Assembly (NCBI RefSeq): GCF_000981445.1 | Contig: NW_012237376.1 | Coordinates: 1 to 35,715, forward strand | DNA from: Babesia bigemina | Lineage: Eukaryota | Length of the DNA stretch: 35,715 bases | Direction: 5' to 3' | Shown here: positions 9,791 to 19,700 of the stretch, in pieces | How positions within the stretch are numbered: the first letter of the stretch is position 1 | Layout of the letters: every line of letters begins with the position of its first letter | Notes under the pieces: generated by a model | Databases searched by the model: none | The model's input: only the letters and a program-made list of their open reading frames with translations | What the model was told of the DNA's origin: nothing | Translations under genes and position numbers: made by a program

Positions 9791-12700
9791 TTACGGCTGC
9801 AGGTACGATATCTTGGCAAGCCTTCCGACTTGCGCTGCCGCCAACAGCGATTGCGCCGTTATCTTGTGCGACGACGGTGTTCGCAGGTGTGAGCGTATGT
9901 GGAGCACATCCAGTCTGCCAACCATTACGCAGATGAGGTAGAAGAGGGACAGTGACCAGAGCGCCACGGTCGTCCATATGAACGGCTGCCTGATGGTGAA
10001 GAGGAAGTTGTCGCAGTGCTTGAATAGGTCACTGAAGTATGACGACTCAATAACCTTCTGTAATTGTTGAACGAAATTATGACATTTTTTACGTGTATTA
10101 AATGTATATAATACGGGTGCATCGGCGAATGTAAAGCCGTACTGGTACAATGTCGCAGAAACACCCTTACATGTCACTATAGACTTGCATTGACAAGGAG
10201 ACTTGTAGCTGCCGTGACTTCCCGGCTTGCACGAATCAGGGTGCATACATCTGCCGCATCCCCAGTCTTTACAGATGATTTGTTGGAACGCGGCAAGCAA
10301 TGCCTTGAGATAACGGTGTAGCGTCCATGGTAGGTAAATCGCCCATGAGAGGTAGAGATTGGCGTGCTGCTCCGCAAAGTAGTAATACGTATCTTGATAT
10401 AGGGACTGGAGGTAAGGCGCACAGTGGTTCTTATCGGAGCATGATGTTCTCATAGATAAGCTTGATATATCAGCAGTGTGGTTTTCAGGATTATTGGCCT
10501 TATGATTTGTACGGGCGTCACCATACGCATTGCAAAGCGCATCGGTGAAGTCGTTAGGTGCGTCGTGCAGATGTATTGTCTGGCCGTTGATGGATTTGAC
10601 GAATGCGTCTTTGATGGTTGCAACCTTACCCGTCTCATTCCAACGACGAACGAGTGATACGGCAAACTGATAGTGTTCAGGCAACGAGGAAGGAGGTTTC
10701 GGCAGCAGGCATAATAGCGATGTGAGATCTGCAATGGAGAGGAATTTGCCAAGCATTTCGCACAGGTGTTTACCGGTCTTTGTAGACCCAGAGAACGCTC
10801 TAAATCCGAAGGGAGTTAGGCAGGGCATCCCAACTTTCGAAGTAGCAGGGCACGTCATACATTTGTAATTGCAGCCAATGGATGCGAGTTGGTGGGGAAG
10901 CTGTCCAGGCAAGCAATCGTTTAGACAAGACATCAATGGAGACGTTGGTTGACAATTTACTTTGTTGTTTGCTTGGCACGTTGCTTTGTCAGCTGGTCTC
11001 TCGTTACAGTGCGATTTGGTTGTAGGTATCTCTTTGCCGTACTGGCAGTGTGACCAACCAGCGTACTTAGCCTCCAAGGTACACTGGCTGTGCAAGAATC
11101 TGAGCGGCGGTAAGACTCTACGAAGGATGTCCAGGAACATGTCAAGGCACGCTGCTGCATCAGACGGATAGTGTAGATTAAACGTGTTGTCACAATATTG
11201 AGAGGCGTAATGCGTAGCGGCGTCCCCAGTGCCGAGGACGGTGGTTAGTATGTCATATGATGACGTGCAAATCTGCGTGATTGCTGACGTAACGTTTTCA
11301 TATCTGATGCTCGTTGGGTAGGCATTCAGTGACATGGCTTGTGTAGCGACGGCTGTCAACTCGATACCGTCTGCGATCTCCGTCCTGTGTTTCTTCCGAT
11401 CTTCGAACAGCGCGCTGATTGTCACGCTAACCATATCCGAATGCACGCGTGTATACGGTAGGCCCGTTAGCCAAATCAACATTTCATATACGCTGCACGG
11501 CGAGCTTGCTTTACGTGGAGCTACTGAGTGACGCAGGTCGTTGTACTTCTCTAAGTGCCTGGCTAAACAAGCAAGGATGTCTTTGACGTTGAATTTGGTT
11601 TTCGGTAGCTGTTTCTTGTCTTGGGCATCTTCGCTCTCCTTATCGTCTCTGCATTGTTGAAGATGTTCATTGTCGTTAGCGCCTCCGATCACCTTAGCGA
11701 GGTTACGAATGATATGTTGACCTTGCATACCTGATGAATTACGCAATTCCCCGTTGCACTCCTTATCGTTAGTAGCAACCTCATACCCGCATTTGTTGAG
11801 GAGACTGCCCAGCAGGGTAATGGAATTAATCTCTTTCGAGAACCAAGAAAATTGGCATCTGTCAATTAGATGAGTGAGATCGTGAAACAGAGTAGTGATT
11901 ACGGTGAAAAATATTCTAGCGTAATTCTTCTGATAGTACGCATCCCACGTTTCGGTGTCGTATACCGATATATATGCTCTGTCGAGTTCAGTGATCATAG
12001 GGGTGAGACCATCTCGTAAGGCGTTAAGTATAAGTGGAGCATTTCCTTCGCCGAATACGTGCGGGTCAAATTCGTTGACCTTCAGTTTGAGTATCTCTAA
12101 ATTAGAGTGAAATTTAGGGTCGAAGTATTCCGATGCCTTAAGCCCATCGAGCAAAGTGACGAAAGCAGACTGCCACGGCATGATTTTCTGTTTGTCGGGA
12201 ATAAAGTCCTCTTGATTTGCCAAATTAAGGAATAAACGTCTGAAGGCCCTATGTAATGTTTCTGCTGCCTGGCTGAGTGGAGAATTTTGCGGAGGGGAGA
12301 ACTTGGTAGAGACATCCTTAATTGCTTCGAACCGCTTGACGAATTTGGAGTCGAATGTTTTCATGAACCCTTTATGTCCTTTGTCCAAATCATTTGTTAT
12401 GGCTTGCGGCAGCGGCATCAGCTCCTTTTCCGCCTTTTTCGCAAACGCCGTCAGCAAGTCTCTGATGGATGTTATGAAATTCTTCTGCGCCTGCCTGTTC
12501 ACCGCGCATAGGGTGTTGTCGGTTTGTTTGTTGACGAAGTCGTGGAGTTGGCCGATGATTTGCCTGCCGGCAGTGTCGGCTTGAGTATTCAAGAATTTGT
12601 ACGTTCCGTCTATGGCGTTCTTTAACTCACCCTCAATTAAATGTTCAATATTTGTTTTAATAGCCTTAAGCTCCTTTTCGACTTTTTCCGTTCTCAAGTT

Positions 12701-15127
12701 TTCCAGTTGGTCCTTAAGAGTTCCTCCGTCGCGCCTAATAGCACTGCATAAGTAGCTAAGTTCTCTGTTGAGGCTGTCGACGCTACTGGTCATTAGGCCT
12801 TCAAGTTGGCTAGTGATAAGCGCGAGGCCTTTCAGAGAGTTGTGCGACGACATTTCGTCGGCGGTTAATGTGAATTGGTCAGTGTTGCTAAGCATCTTGT
12901 TTAACTCTTCCAAATAGGCGTCGATACTGTCTCTGTCGGTGCCAGTGTTCTCCTTTTTGACAAGGTTCTTAACACCACTGGTGAATTGGTCCAGGCTCGA
13001 GTCGACAGTGGCGCGCAATCTGTTAAAAGTCTGAGTGCCTATTGTTCGCTCATCACCATCCGCTGCAACGACATCTGTGAGCGTAGACAATCCCTGACTT
13101 TGAATTTTGTTGATTGCCGTTGGAACATGACCTTCTGGGTTGCCGCTGGATGTATTGACGTGAGTACGGTACGTCAACAGTGCAGACGCCGAGTGAACAT
13201 CAACAGTACCGCTCATCCCCGGTAATTGACCTTTCAATATCTCAGTTATGCTATCGTCAAATTGCGTGCCAAGAGTACTTGACCCAGGAGTTATTAGCGC
13301 CGTCTGCAAACTCCCGCCAAGCCCCTTCACTTTTTCCATCGCGGACTGCAAATTGCTAATGCTAGAAGATTCAATTAATGATCTCAGTTGCATCGCAAAG
13401 TTGGTACTCATCGCGGATACCGCCGCTACGACAATCTCCAGGGCGTATTCAAGATTGTGGTTGGTGGTGCTGCTTCTATCCTCCAGTACACTGTTCGATT
13501 TTAAATCACCCTCAATCTGTTTGACAAGGTCAGCAGCTCTAATGGTACCGATTGATTTGACAATCTGTTGGGCAAATGTTCGTAAGTTTTCAGAGAGATT
13601 ATCCAAGTTAACGGCACTCTTAAGGCTGCTTGCTTCTGCGGCATGGGACATTGCCTGTTGAATAACATTTGGAAGGTAATCATTAATTGATCTTTTCACT
13701 TTCTCGATGCCCTTCGTTTGCAGTTGATTGTGCGTTTCTTTGTTCTGATCGACATACCAATCGATGTATTGATGCACCGCTCCCTTAGGCTCATCCATCA
13801 TTTTAGTAATCATCTCTTTGGCCGCCGTTGCAAGTTTAGTTTCAATGCCTGATACGTTTCCCTTCACACCTTGTACAATAGATCCAAGGAGACCTCCATT
13901 ATCATCCTTTGCGATAATATCGGTCATACCTTCAAGAGCCTTCCTAATCTGGTGCGATAATTTTTGCTCCACATATGCTTGCAATCTGGTCTTAATCTGA
14001 TTTCTCACTGTACCTAGTTCATCTTTAAGCGCACGGTCCATCACTCCTACGGCACCGATAGCCTGCCTCACCCACTCCGTCACCTGCTCCTTAGCTTTGT
14101 ACGCCTTCTCTCGTAACTCATCTGCCTTTGCTCTTAACGTATCGGCAGCATCTTTTACTCCTCCTTTAGTACCAGGCGTTTTTTCACCTTCCTGTCCATT
14201 CAACTTCCCGACGATCTCCGTACACTTCTCCTTCGCCAATCTAACAGCCTCCGTGCCCGCTTTCTTCCACTTATCCAACTCGCTGGCTTTTTCTTTAAAA
14301 TCCATACCTACTTTCTTAATAGCTTGTTGCAGATCTGCTTTATTGTTTGGCGTGGCTTTTCCATCAACCTCATCTAACACCTTCTTAGTGTTTGCTGCAG
14401 CAAGGTCTAATATGCGGTTACTGTTTTTCATCCACGCATCTAGTGATTTGGCAAAGTCAACAAGCTTATCATGGACCTTCACAAGTTCATCCAAAATAAG
14501 CTGAACCAATTCCCTCAATTTTCTAACAATCACTTTTATTTGCCTATCTATTTCCCTATTCATGACGCCTTTCAGCTCATCAAGCTTCGTCTTATTGCCC
14601 GTCTTCAGCGCCTCCAAGTCGGCGCTTTCCTTCTCTGCCAACTTGCTCAAACGCTCACGCTCGTGCTTGATGCACGCAACTACGTTATTTACAGTGTCAC
14701 GTAATTTAGGATTAAGGTTATTAATGTTCTCAGTTTGTCCATCAAGTGATTGTATGAATTTATCAGCTTGCTGCCGACACTCATCCAGGGACTCATTCAC
14801 GGCGCGGTGCATCTTCTCAACGTGCTCCGCTTCCTTGTTCTCTTGGATGTTATCAACCTGCACGCTTTTAAGATCTCTAATTAACTTACCGTCATGCTTG
14901 GTGAATTTTAGAAGCTCATCAATTGGATTCTTGACTTCATTATTAGACTGCTCCACTGCCTTATTATACCTCCCCACCCCTGCGACCACACTTCCAATCG
15001 CTTCATTAAAACCTTTTTTACCGCGGTGTTTATTGGTGTTGAGAGTGTCAATTGCATCATTTAAAGTGTTTTTATGCTGCCCTAGATGCTCTTTGATGTT
15101 ACTGAGAACACCACTCAAAAATCCCAT
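9791..15127 (-). CDS. ves1: ves1-like variant surface antigen, gene 2
   Basis: Uninterrupted frame 9791-15376. The ORF-track start is GTG; first in-frame ATG is at 15127 (MGFLSGVL). Has the GIVYSDLDRLCDGVM motif, long helical region, Cys-rich C-terminal third, TM helix PFIWTTVALWSLSLFYLICVMVG and tail RLDVLHIRSHL..YLQP, resembling the LDLLHIRSH tail motif of Babesia VESA1. Confidence 0.88.
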   Translation of the reverse strand: MGFLSGVLSNIKEHLGQHKNTLNDAIDTLNTNKHRGKKGFNEAIGSVVAGVGRYNKAVEQSNNEVKNPIDELLKFTKHDGKLIRDLKSVQVDNIQENKEAEHVEKMHRAVNESLDECRQQADKFIQSLDGQTENINNLNPKLRDTVNNVVACIKHERERLSKLAEKESADLEALKTGNKTKLDELKGVMNREIDRQIKVIVRKLRELVQLILDELVKVHDKLVDFAKSLDAWMKNSNRILDLAAANTKKVLDEVDGKATPNNKADLQQAIKKVGMDFKEKASELDKWKKAGTEAVRLAKEKCTEIVGKLNGQEGEKTPGTKGGVKDAADTLRAKADELREKAYKAKEQVTEWVRQAIGAVGVMDRALKDELGTVRNQIKTRLQAYVEQKLSHQIRKALEGMTDIIAKDDNGGLLGSIVQGVKGNVSGIETKLATAAKEMITKMMDEPKGAVHQYIDWYVDQNKETHNQLQTKGIEKVKRSINDYLPNVIQQAMSHAAEASSLKSAVNLDNLSENLRTFAQQIVKSIGTIRAADLVKQIEGDLKSNSVLEDRSSTTNHNLEYALEIVVAAVSAMSTNFAMQLRSLIESSSISNLQSAMEKVKGLGGSLQTALITPGSSTLGTQFDDSITEILKGQLPGMSGTVDVHSASALLTYRTHVNTSSGNPEGHVPTAINKIQSQGLSTLTDVVAADGDERTIGTQTFNRLRATVDSSLDQFTSGVKNLVKKENTGTDRDSIDAYLEELNKMLSNTDQFTLTADEMSSHNSLKGLALITSQLEGLMTSSVDSLNRELSYLCSAIRRDGGTLKDQLENLRTEKVEKELKAIKTNIEHLIEGELKNAIDGTYKFLNTQADTAGRQIIGQLHDFVNKQTDNTLCAVNRQAQKNFITSIRDLLTAFAKKAEKELMPLPQAITNDLDKGHKGFMKTFDSKFVKRFEAIKDVSTKFSPPQNSPLSQAAETLHRAFRRLFLNLANQEDFIPDKQKIMPWQSAFVTLLDGLKASEYFDPKFHSNLEILKLKVNEFDPHVFGEGNAPLILNALRDGLTPMITELDRAYISVYDTETWDAYYQKNYARIFFTVITTLFHDLTHLIDRCQFSWFSKEINSITLLGSLLNKCGYEVATNDKECNGELRNSSGMQGQHIIRNLAKVIGGANDNEHLQQCRDDKESEDAQDKKQLPKTKFNVKDILACLARHLEKYNDLRHSVAPRKASSPCSVYEMLIWLTGLPYTRVHSDMVSVTISALFEDRKKHRTEIADGIELTAVATQAMSLNAYPTSIRYENVTSAITQICTSSYDILTTVLGTGDAATHYASQYCDNTFNLHYPSDAAACLDMFLDILRRVLPPLRFLHSQCTLEAKYAGWSHCQYGKEIPTTKSHCNERPADKATCQANNKVNCQPTSPLMSCLNDCLPGQLPHQLASIGCNYKCMTCPATSKVGMPCLTPFGFRAFSGSTKTGKHLCEMLGKFLSIADLTSLLCLLPKPPSSLPEHYQFAVSLVRRWNETGKVATIKDAFVKSINGQTIHLHDAPNDFTDALCNAYGDARTNHKANNPENHTADISSLSMRTSCSDKNHCAPYLQSLYQDTYYYFAEQHANLYLSWAIYLPWTLHRYLKALLAAFQQIICKDWGCGRCMHPDSCKPGSHGSYKSPCQCKSIVTCKGVSATLYQYGFTFADAPVLYTFNTRKKCHNFVQQLQKVIESSYFSDLFKHCDNFLFTIRQPFIWTTVALWSLSLFYLICVMVGRLDVLHIRSHLRTPSSHKITAQSLLAAAQVGRLAKISYLQP

Positions 15128-15279
15128 CACCCCGTCACACAGCCTGTCCAAGTCAGAGTACACAATCCCCTTGCCGTCGTAGCCTTTGGAATTAGGGTCG
15201 AAGCCGAGGAAGGTCTCGAGGCCGGAACAAAGGTTATTAAGGATGTTAGTAGAGTTGTTATTTAAGGTATTTTCAAGGT

Positions 15280-15405
15280 TCAAAATTTTACCAAATTTCT
15301 TGCCAAGCTCCCTAGGCGGCACATGGTCAAGGCAGTGGCAAGAGGTGGAAAAGGGAAGAGAAGAGTGACAAGGCACAAGTTATTGCTATGGTTTATAGAG
15401 GTCAT
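15280..15405 (-). other. Overlapping upstream ORF / disconnected N-terminus of gene 2 (41 aa, MTSINHSNNLCLVTLLFPFPP...)
   Basis: ATG at 15405 is 29 nt upstream of the main frame start, one base short of being in frame, and stops at TGA 15280-15282. Confidence 0.6.
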
Positions 15406-15429
15406 AGCGATATTATGGCGAGGTGATTA

Positions 15430-16085
15430 GAGCGATGTAGAGTGGGTTAAGGGGCGATGTAGAGTGGGTTAAGGGGCGATGTAAGGTAGGTTAGGGAGCG
15501 ATGTAGAGTGGGTTAAGGGAGCGATGGAGAGTGGGTAAAGGGGCGATGTAGAGTGGATAAAGGGGCGATGTAGAGTGGATAAGGAGCGATGTAGAGTGGG
15601 TAAAGGAGCGATGTAGAGTGGATTAGGGAGCGATGTGGAGTGGGTAAAGGGGCGATGTAGAGTGGGTTAGAGAGCGATGTAGAGTGGGTTAGGGAGCGAT
15701 GTAGAGTGGATAAAGGGGAGATGTAGAGTGGATTAAGGGGCGATGCAGAGTGGATAAAGGAGCGATGTAGAGTGGGTTAAGGAGCGATGTAGAGTGGGTA
15801 AAGGGGCGATGTAGAGTGGGTAAAGGAGCGATGTGGAGTGGGTTAAGGGGCGATGGAGAGTGGGTTAAAGGGCGATGTTCAGTGGATAAGGGGCGATGTA
15901 GAGTGGATAAAGGAGCGATGTAGAGTGGGTTAGGGAGCGATTTAGAGTGGGTAAGGGAGCGATTTAGAGTGGGTTAGGGAGCGATGTAGAGTGGGTTAGG
16001 GAGCGATGTAGAGTGGATTAGGGAGCCATGTGGAGTGGGTAAGGGAGCGATGTAGAGTGGATTAAGGGGCGATGTAGAGTGGGTA
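15430..16085. repeat. Repeat A array 2 (22-bp G-rich)
   Basis: Tandem repeat of about 30 units upstream of gene 2. Confidence 0.95.
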
Positions 16086-16105
16086 ATAATCATCACTTTG
16101 GTCAC

Positions 16106-16306
16106 CATGTCATCGCTGCCGTGACCATGTCATCGCTGCCGTAACCATGTCATCGCTGCCGTGTCCATGTCATCGCTGCCGTAACCATTTCATCGCTGCC
16201 GTAACCATGTCATCGCTGCCGTGACCATGTCATCGCTGCCGTGACCATGTCATCGCTGCTGTGACCATGTCATCGCTGCCGTGTCCATGTCATCGCTGCC
16301 GTGACC
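16106..16306. repeat. Repeat B array 2 (20-bp units)
   Basis: Ten units of CATGTCATCGCTGCCGTRAC. Confidence 0.95.
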
Positions 16307-16312
16307 TTAACT

Positions 16313-16601
16313 AGGTCAGCACATTGGTCAGCACTTTGTTCACCACTTTGGTCATGTCATTGGTCACCACTTTGGTCAGGTGCTTGGTCAGCACATTGGT
16401 CAGGTGCTTGGTCAGCACATTGGTCAACACTTTGGTCAGCACCTTGGTCATGGCATTGGTCAGCACTTTGGTCACCACTTTGGTCATGGCATTGGTCAGC
16501 ACATTGGTCAGCACATTGGTCACCACGTTGGTCACCACGTTGGTCACCACTTTGGTCAGCATCTTGGTCACCACTTTGGTCAGCACATTGGTCAACACTT
16601 T
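16313..16601. repeat. Repeat C array (12-bp TTGGTCASCACW)
   Basis: About 24 tandem 12-bp units downstream of gene 3. Confidence 0.95.
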
Positions 16602-16669
16602 AGTTAACTACTACACAATCACATACAACGATTAATGAGTGATGCAGCAGATTAAAGCACAATTCGTTG

Positions 16670-16701
16670 GTTAGGTGAGTAGGTGATTCGCTAAGTGAGT
16701 A
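16670..16701. promoter_or_regulatory. Conserved 3'-flank motif GTTAGGTGAGTAG (gene 3)
   Basis: Same 13-mer as after genes 2, 4 and 5. Confidence 0.45.
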
Positions 16702-16739
16702 GTTACGTGAGTTACTGTGAATTACAAACGTGAATACAA

Positions 16740-19700
16740 TTACGGTTGTAGATAAGATATCTTGGCAAGCCTTCCGACTTGCGCTGCAGCCAGCAATGAT
16801 TGCGCCGTTATCTTGTGCGACGACGGTATCCTCAGGTGTGAGCGTATGTGGAGCACATCCAGTCTGCCAACCATTACGCATATGAGGTAGAAGAGGGAGA
16901 GGGACCAGAGTGCGACGTTAAGCCATATGAAGGGAGCGCGGATGGCGAACATGAAATTATCAATGGCTTTGAAAAACTGCACAAGATGTGAGTCTTTGTC
17001 AAATGCCTCCTTAAATACATCACAGAAATCTCTGCACGTGCGTTTCGTTTGCGATCGTTCACTTCCGTTCAGCCTCTCTGGATCGCCGAGAACAAAACCG
17101 TATTTCGCCAATGTCGGCATTGTGGCATTACAGCTTACAATGGATTTGCAGTCGCGATGGTGATATCGTGGCGGATCTTGCTCTATGGTTGTAGTTGGAC
17201 ACCCCTTGACGCACGATTTACCATGGCAATTCGATCCCCTGGCACCGCATTTGGAATTGCACTCATCATACAATTTCTTCAGCAGATCGTAGAACGTCGC
17301 CGTCAGGTAAACGATCCACGACAAATACTTATCGGCGTGTTTTGCTGAGAACGTCTCGTAGATGGCGTTACTGATGGGACGCAACAAAGGACCGCATACG
17401 ACGGCTTCTTTTGACAAGCATACGAGACTGCCCAGGCTACCATCGGAGTGGCCCTTCTTCAATGCTGAGTGACTAGGGGTAAATAAGTGGTAGACGTTCA
17501 AATCATTATAATGACGCCCGAAATTGGCGGCCTTGACGATAGCGTCGAAAGCATTGCTCTTATGATCATTGCCATGCATACCCCAGCGATCGGTGAGGTG
17601 ATAGTAGAAGCTGAACATGTCCGCCAGCGTTTTCGGCGCACTGGGTAGCAGGCAGTTGAGGTAACCGCACAGTCTAGTGAGCGGGGAATTTGGACGGCCA
17701 CAGAAATCGTAAAGCACATCGCATATATCCTGGCCAATCATCGTATGCGACGCGATGGCACTGATGTCAGCGAAGCCCATTGGCGTCCTGCACGGCATAC
17801 CAGGTGTACTACCACACGTGCCACATGACAGACTCGATCCCCTAGCTGCTACCGAATGCGGCAGGTGGCCTTTCAATCCGTCCTCCAAGAACGATTGCAG
17901 TGGCGACTTGACGCCGCAGTTGGGATATTGCCCACCCATTTGGTTGCCACTTTGGTCGTGCCTTTGGTCGCAGTCTTGCTTAGGGCACTGCTTCGTGTTG
18001 CACTGCCAGCCCGACCCACCGATGCCCCTGCCGTAGTGGCAGTCCCTCCAGCCGCTTAGCTGAGCATTGTGCTTACACTGCTGCAGCAGGAAGTACAGCT
18101 GGTGGTAGAGGCGCTTAAGCAGGTCGAACAACGTACACAGCAGTTGAATCATGTTGGCAGGGTACTCTAATTTCAGCGAGTTGCTGGAGAAATCACACGC
18201 GTAGATTCCGTCCTTGTGACCGTGCCCTAGGATAGCGGTGAGGACGGCGTGGGAGTCAGATGAGACCTTGTAGAGCGCTTCGTCGATATGCGTGTGTTGG
18301 AAGGGAGACGGATGCGCTTCGAAGGGTTGCAGCGTTTTAGTACCCGGCCGTTCTTTGTCCTCCTTCATGAACTCAGATTTAATTTGCGCCTTGAGCCTCT
18401 CGTACACGGGGTTGAACTGCAGGCCGCAGCACCAGACAAGAATTTCGTAAACGGAGCATGGAGCCCTTGGTTTGTCAACACGGATAAGGTGGCAGACTTT
18501 CGAGTACGTATGCAGGCAATCGTAGAGTTTTCGGATGAGACCGTTCTCCTCTTCCAACTCCACTGTCAGTCCACAATTGTCACCAGATGATGACAAGGCA
18601 GTGGCGGTCTGCTTGAACAGCTGATATTTGTCAGCAGTAAGATAGCGCAGGATGGTACTGCCTTTCAACGTCTCCCTGTGGTTAAGTGCGCCGTGCGCGG
18701 CATCGTCAGGTAGATCAGCGTCGTAACCGTTCTCACGGAAATAATGGGCGTGCAGGCTCTGATCAGCGTCTGATGTATTATATATGCCATATAGATTCCA
18801 TTTGTCATCTTTCCTCTCCAGGCCTTCTTTGAGCTCAGTCAACTCATGATATATGAAGGGCGTCATCGTGAAGAGAACTTTGGCATACTTTAGCTTCTCG
18901 TCAGCCGTGGCCTGTTCCCACTCGATGGTTTCCTGCGAGTACGTCGATATGTATGTTTTGCCAAACTCCTCGACCAAAAGCGACAGACCCTTCTTAAGCG
19001 ACTCGAAAAGCCAAGGGTTGTTGCTGTCCCCGTACGTTCTAGGATTGAATTCGTGCATTGTATTTTTAAGTGACACTAAATTATCTACAAAGGTGTGATC
19101 GAAGTGATTAGACGTTTGGATGCTACCGAGGACAGTGATCACAGCCTTCTTGGCCGGCTCAGCTAAGTCCACGTCAGCAGTTATATCAGTCTGCCTGTTG
19201 AGACTCTGGAAGAAGAAGGAGAGGGCCTTGTTTAGTTCTTTAGCAGCCTGACTTACTGGAGATATTTTTAGTGAGCCCTTCTGAATGAAGGAAGTGGCGG
19301 CGATCGGCTTAATCTTATTAATGTAGGCGACAAACTTCTTCTCAAATTTGGTCATGAACCCTTTGTGCCCCTTCTCCAAATCAAGTTGTATCTCTCGCGG
19401 CAGCGGCTTCAGGTCCTCAGTTACTTTGTCGGCGAACGTCGTTAACAAGTGTTTCACAGCCTCCACATACTGCTTCCTGGCGTGCGTTGTCAACGTTTTT
19501 TCAGCTGAACAGATCTGTTCCTTAACGGAGCTCCCGAGCAACTGGATGGTGGAGTCGCATGTTAAGTTGAGGCCGTTTAGAAACTTCTCAACATCGTGTA
19601 TGACCTTGCCCAAATCGGCATTTCGGAGTTCACTGATCTGGTGTTTAATTTTTTTAATGCTGTTTCTGGCGTTTCGTTTGGCCTCGTCGTAGTTTTCGAA

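Noticed and set aside
14097..15182. Long antisense ORFs (also 20686-21303 and 28447-29121)
   Set aside because: Mirror frames of Lys/Glu-rich coding sequence with no independent signal.
9791..15376. GTG starts from the ORF track, and an Ebh-like or other bacterial coiled-coil identity
   Set aside because: The context is eukaryotic, so GTG initiation is unlikely. Long helical regions give non-specific similarity, while the N-terminal motif, Cys-rich region, TM and tail indicate the Babesia ves family.
16301..16635. Repetitive ORFs (TLVS, GQHF, TKVL types), also at 23278-23665
   Set aside because: The 12-bp C unit leaves several frames open, which indicates artefact.
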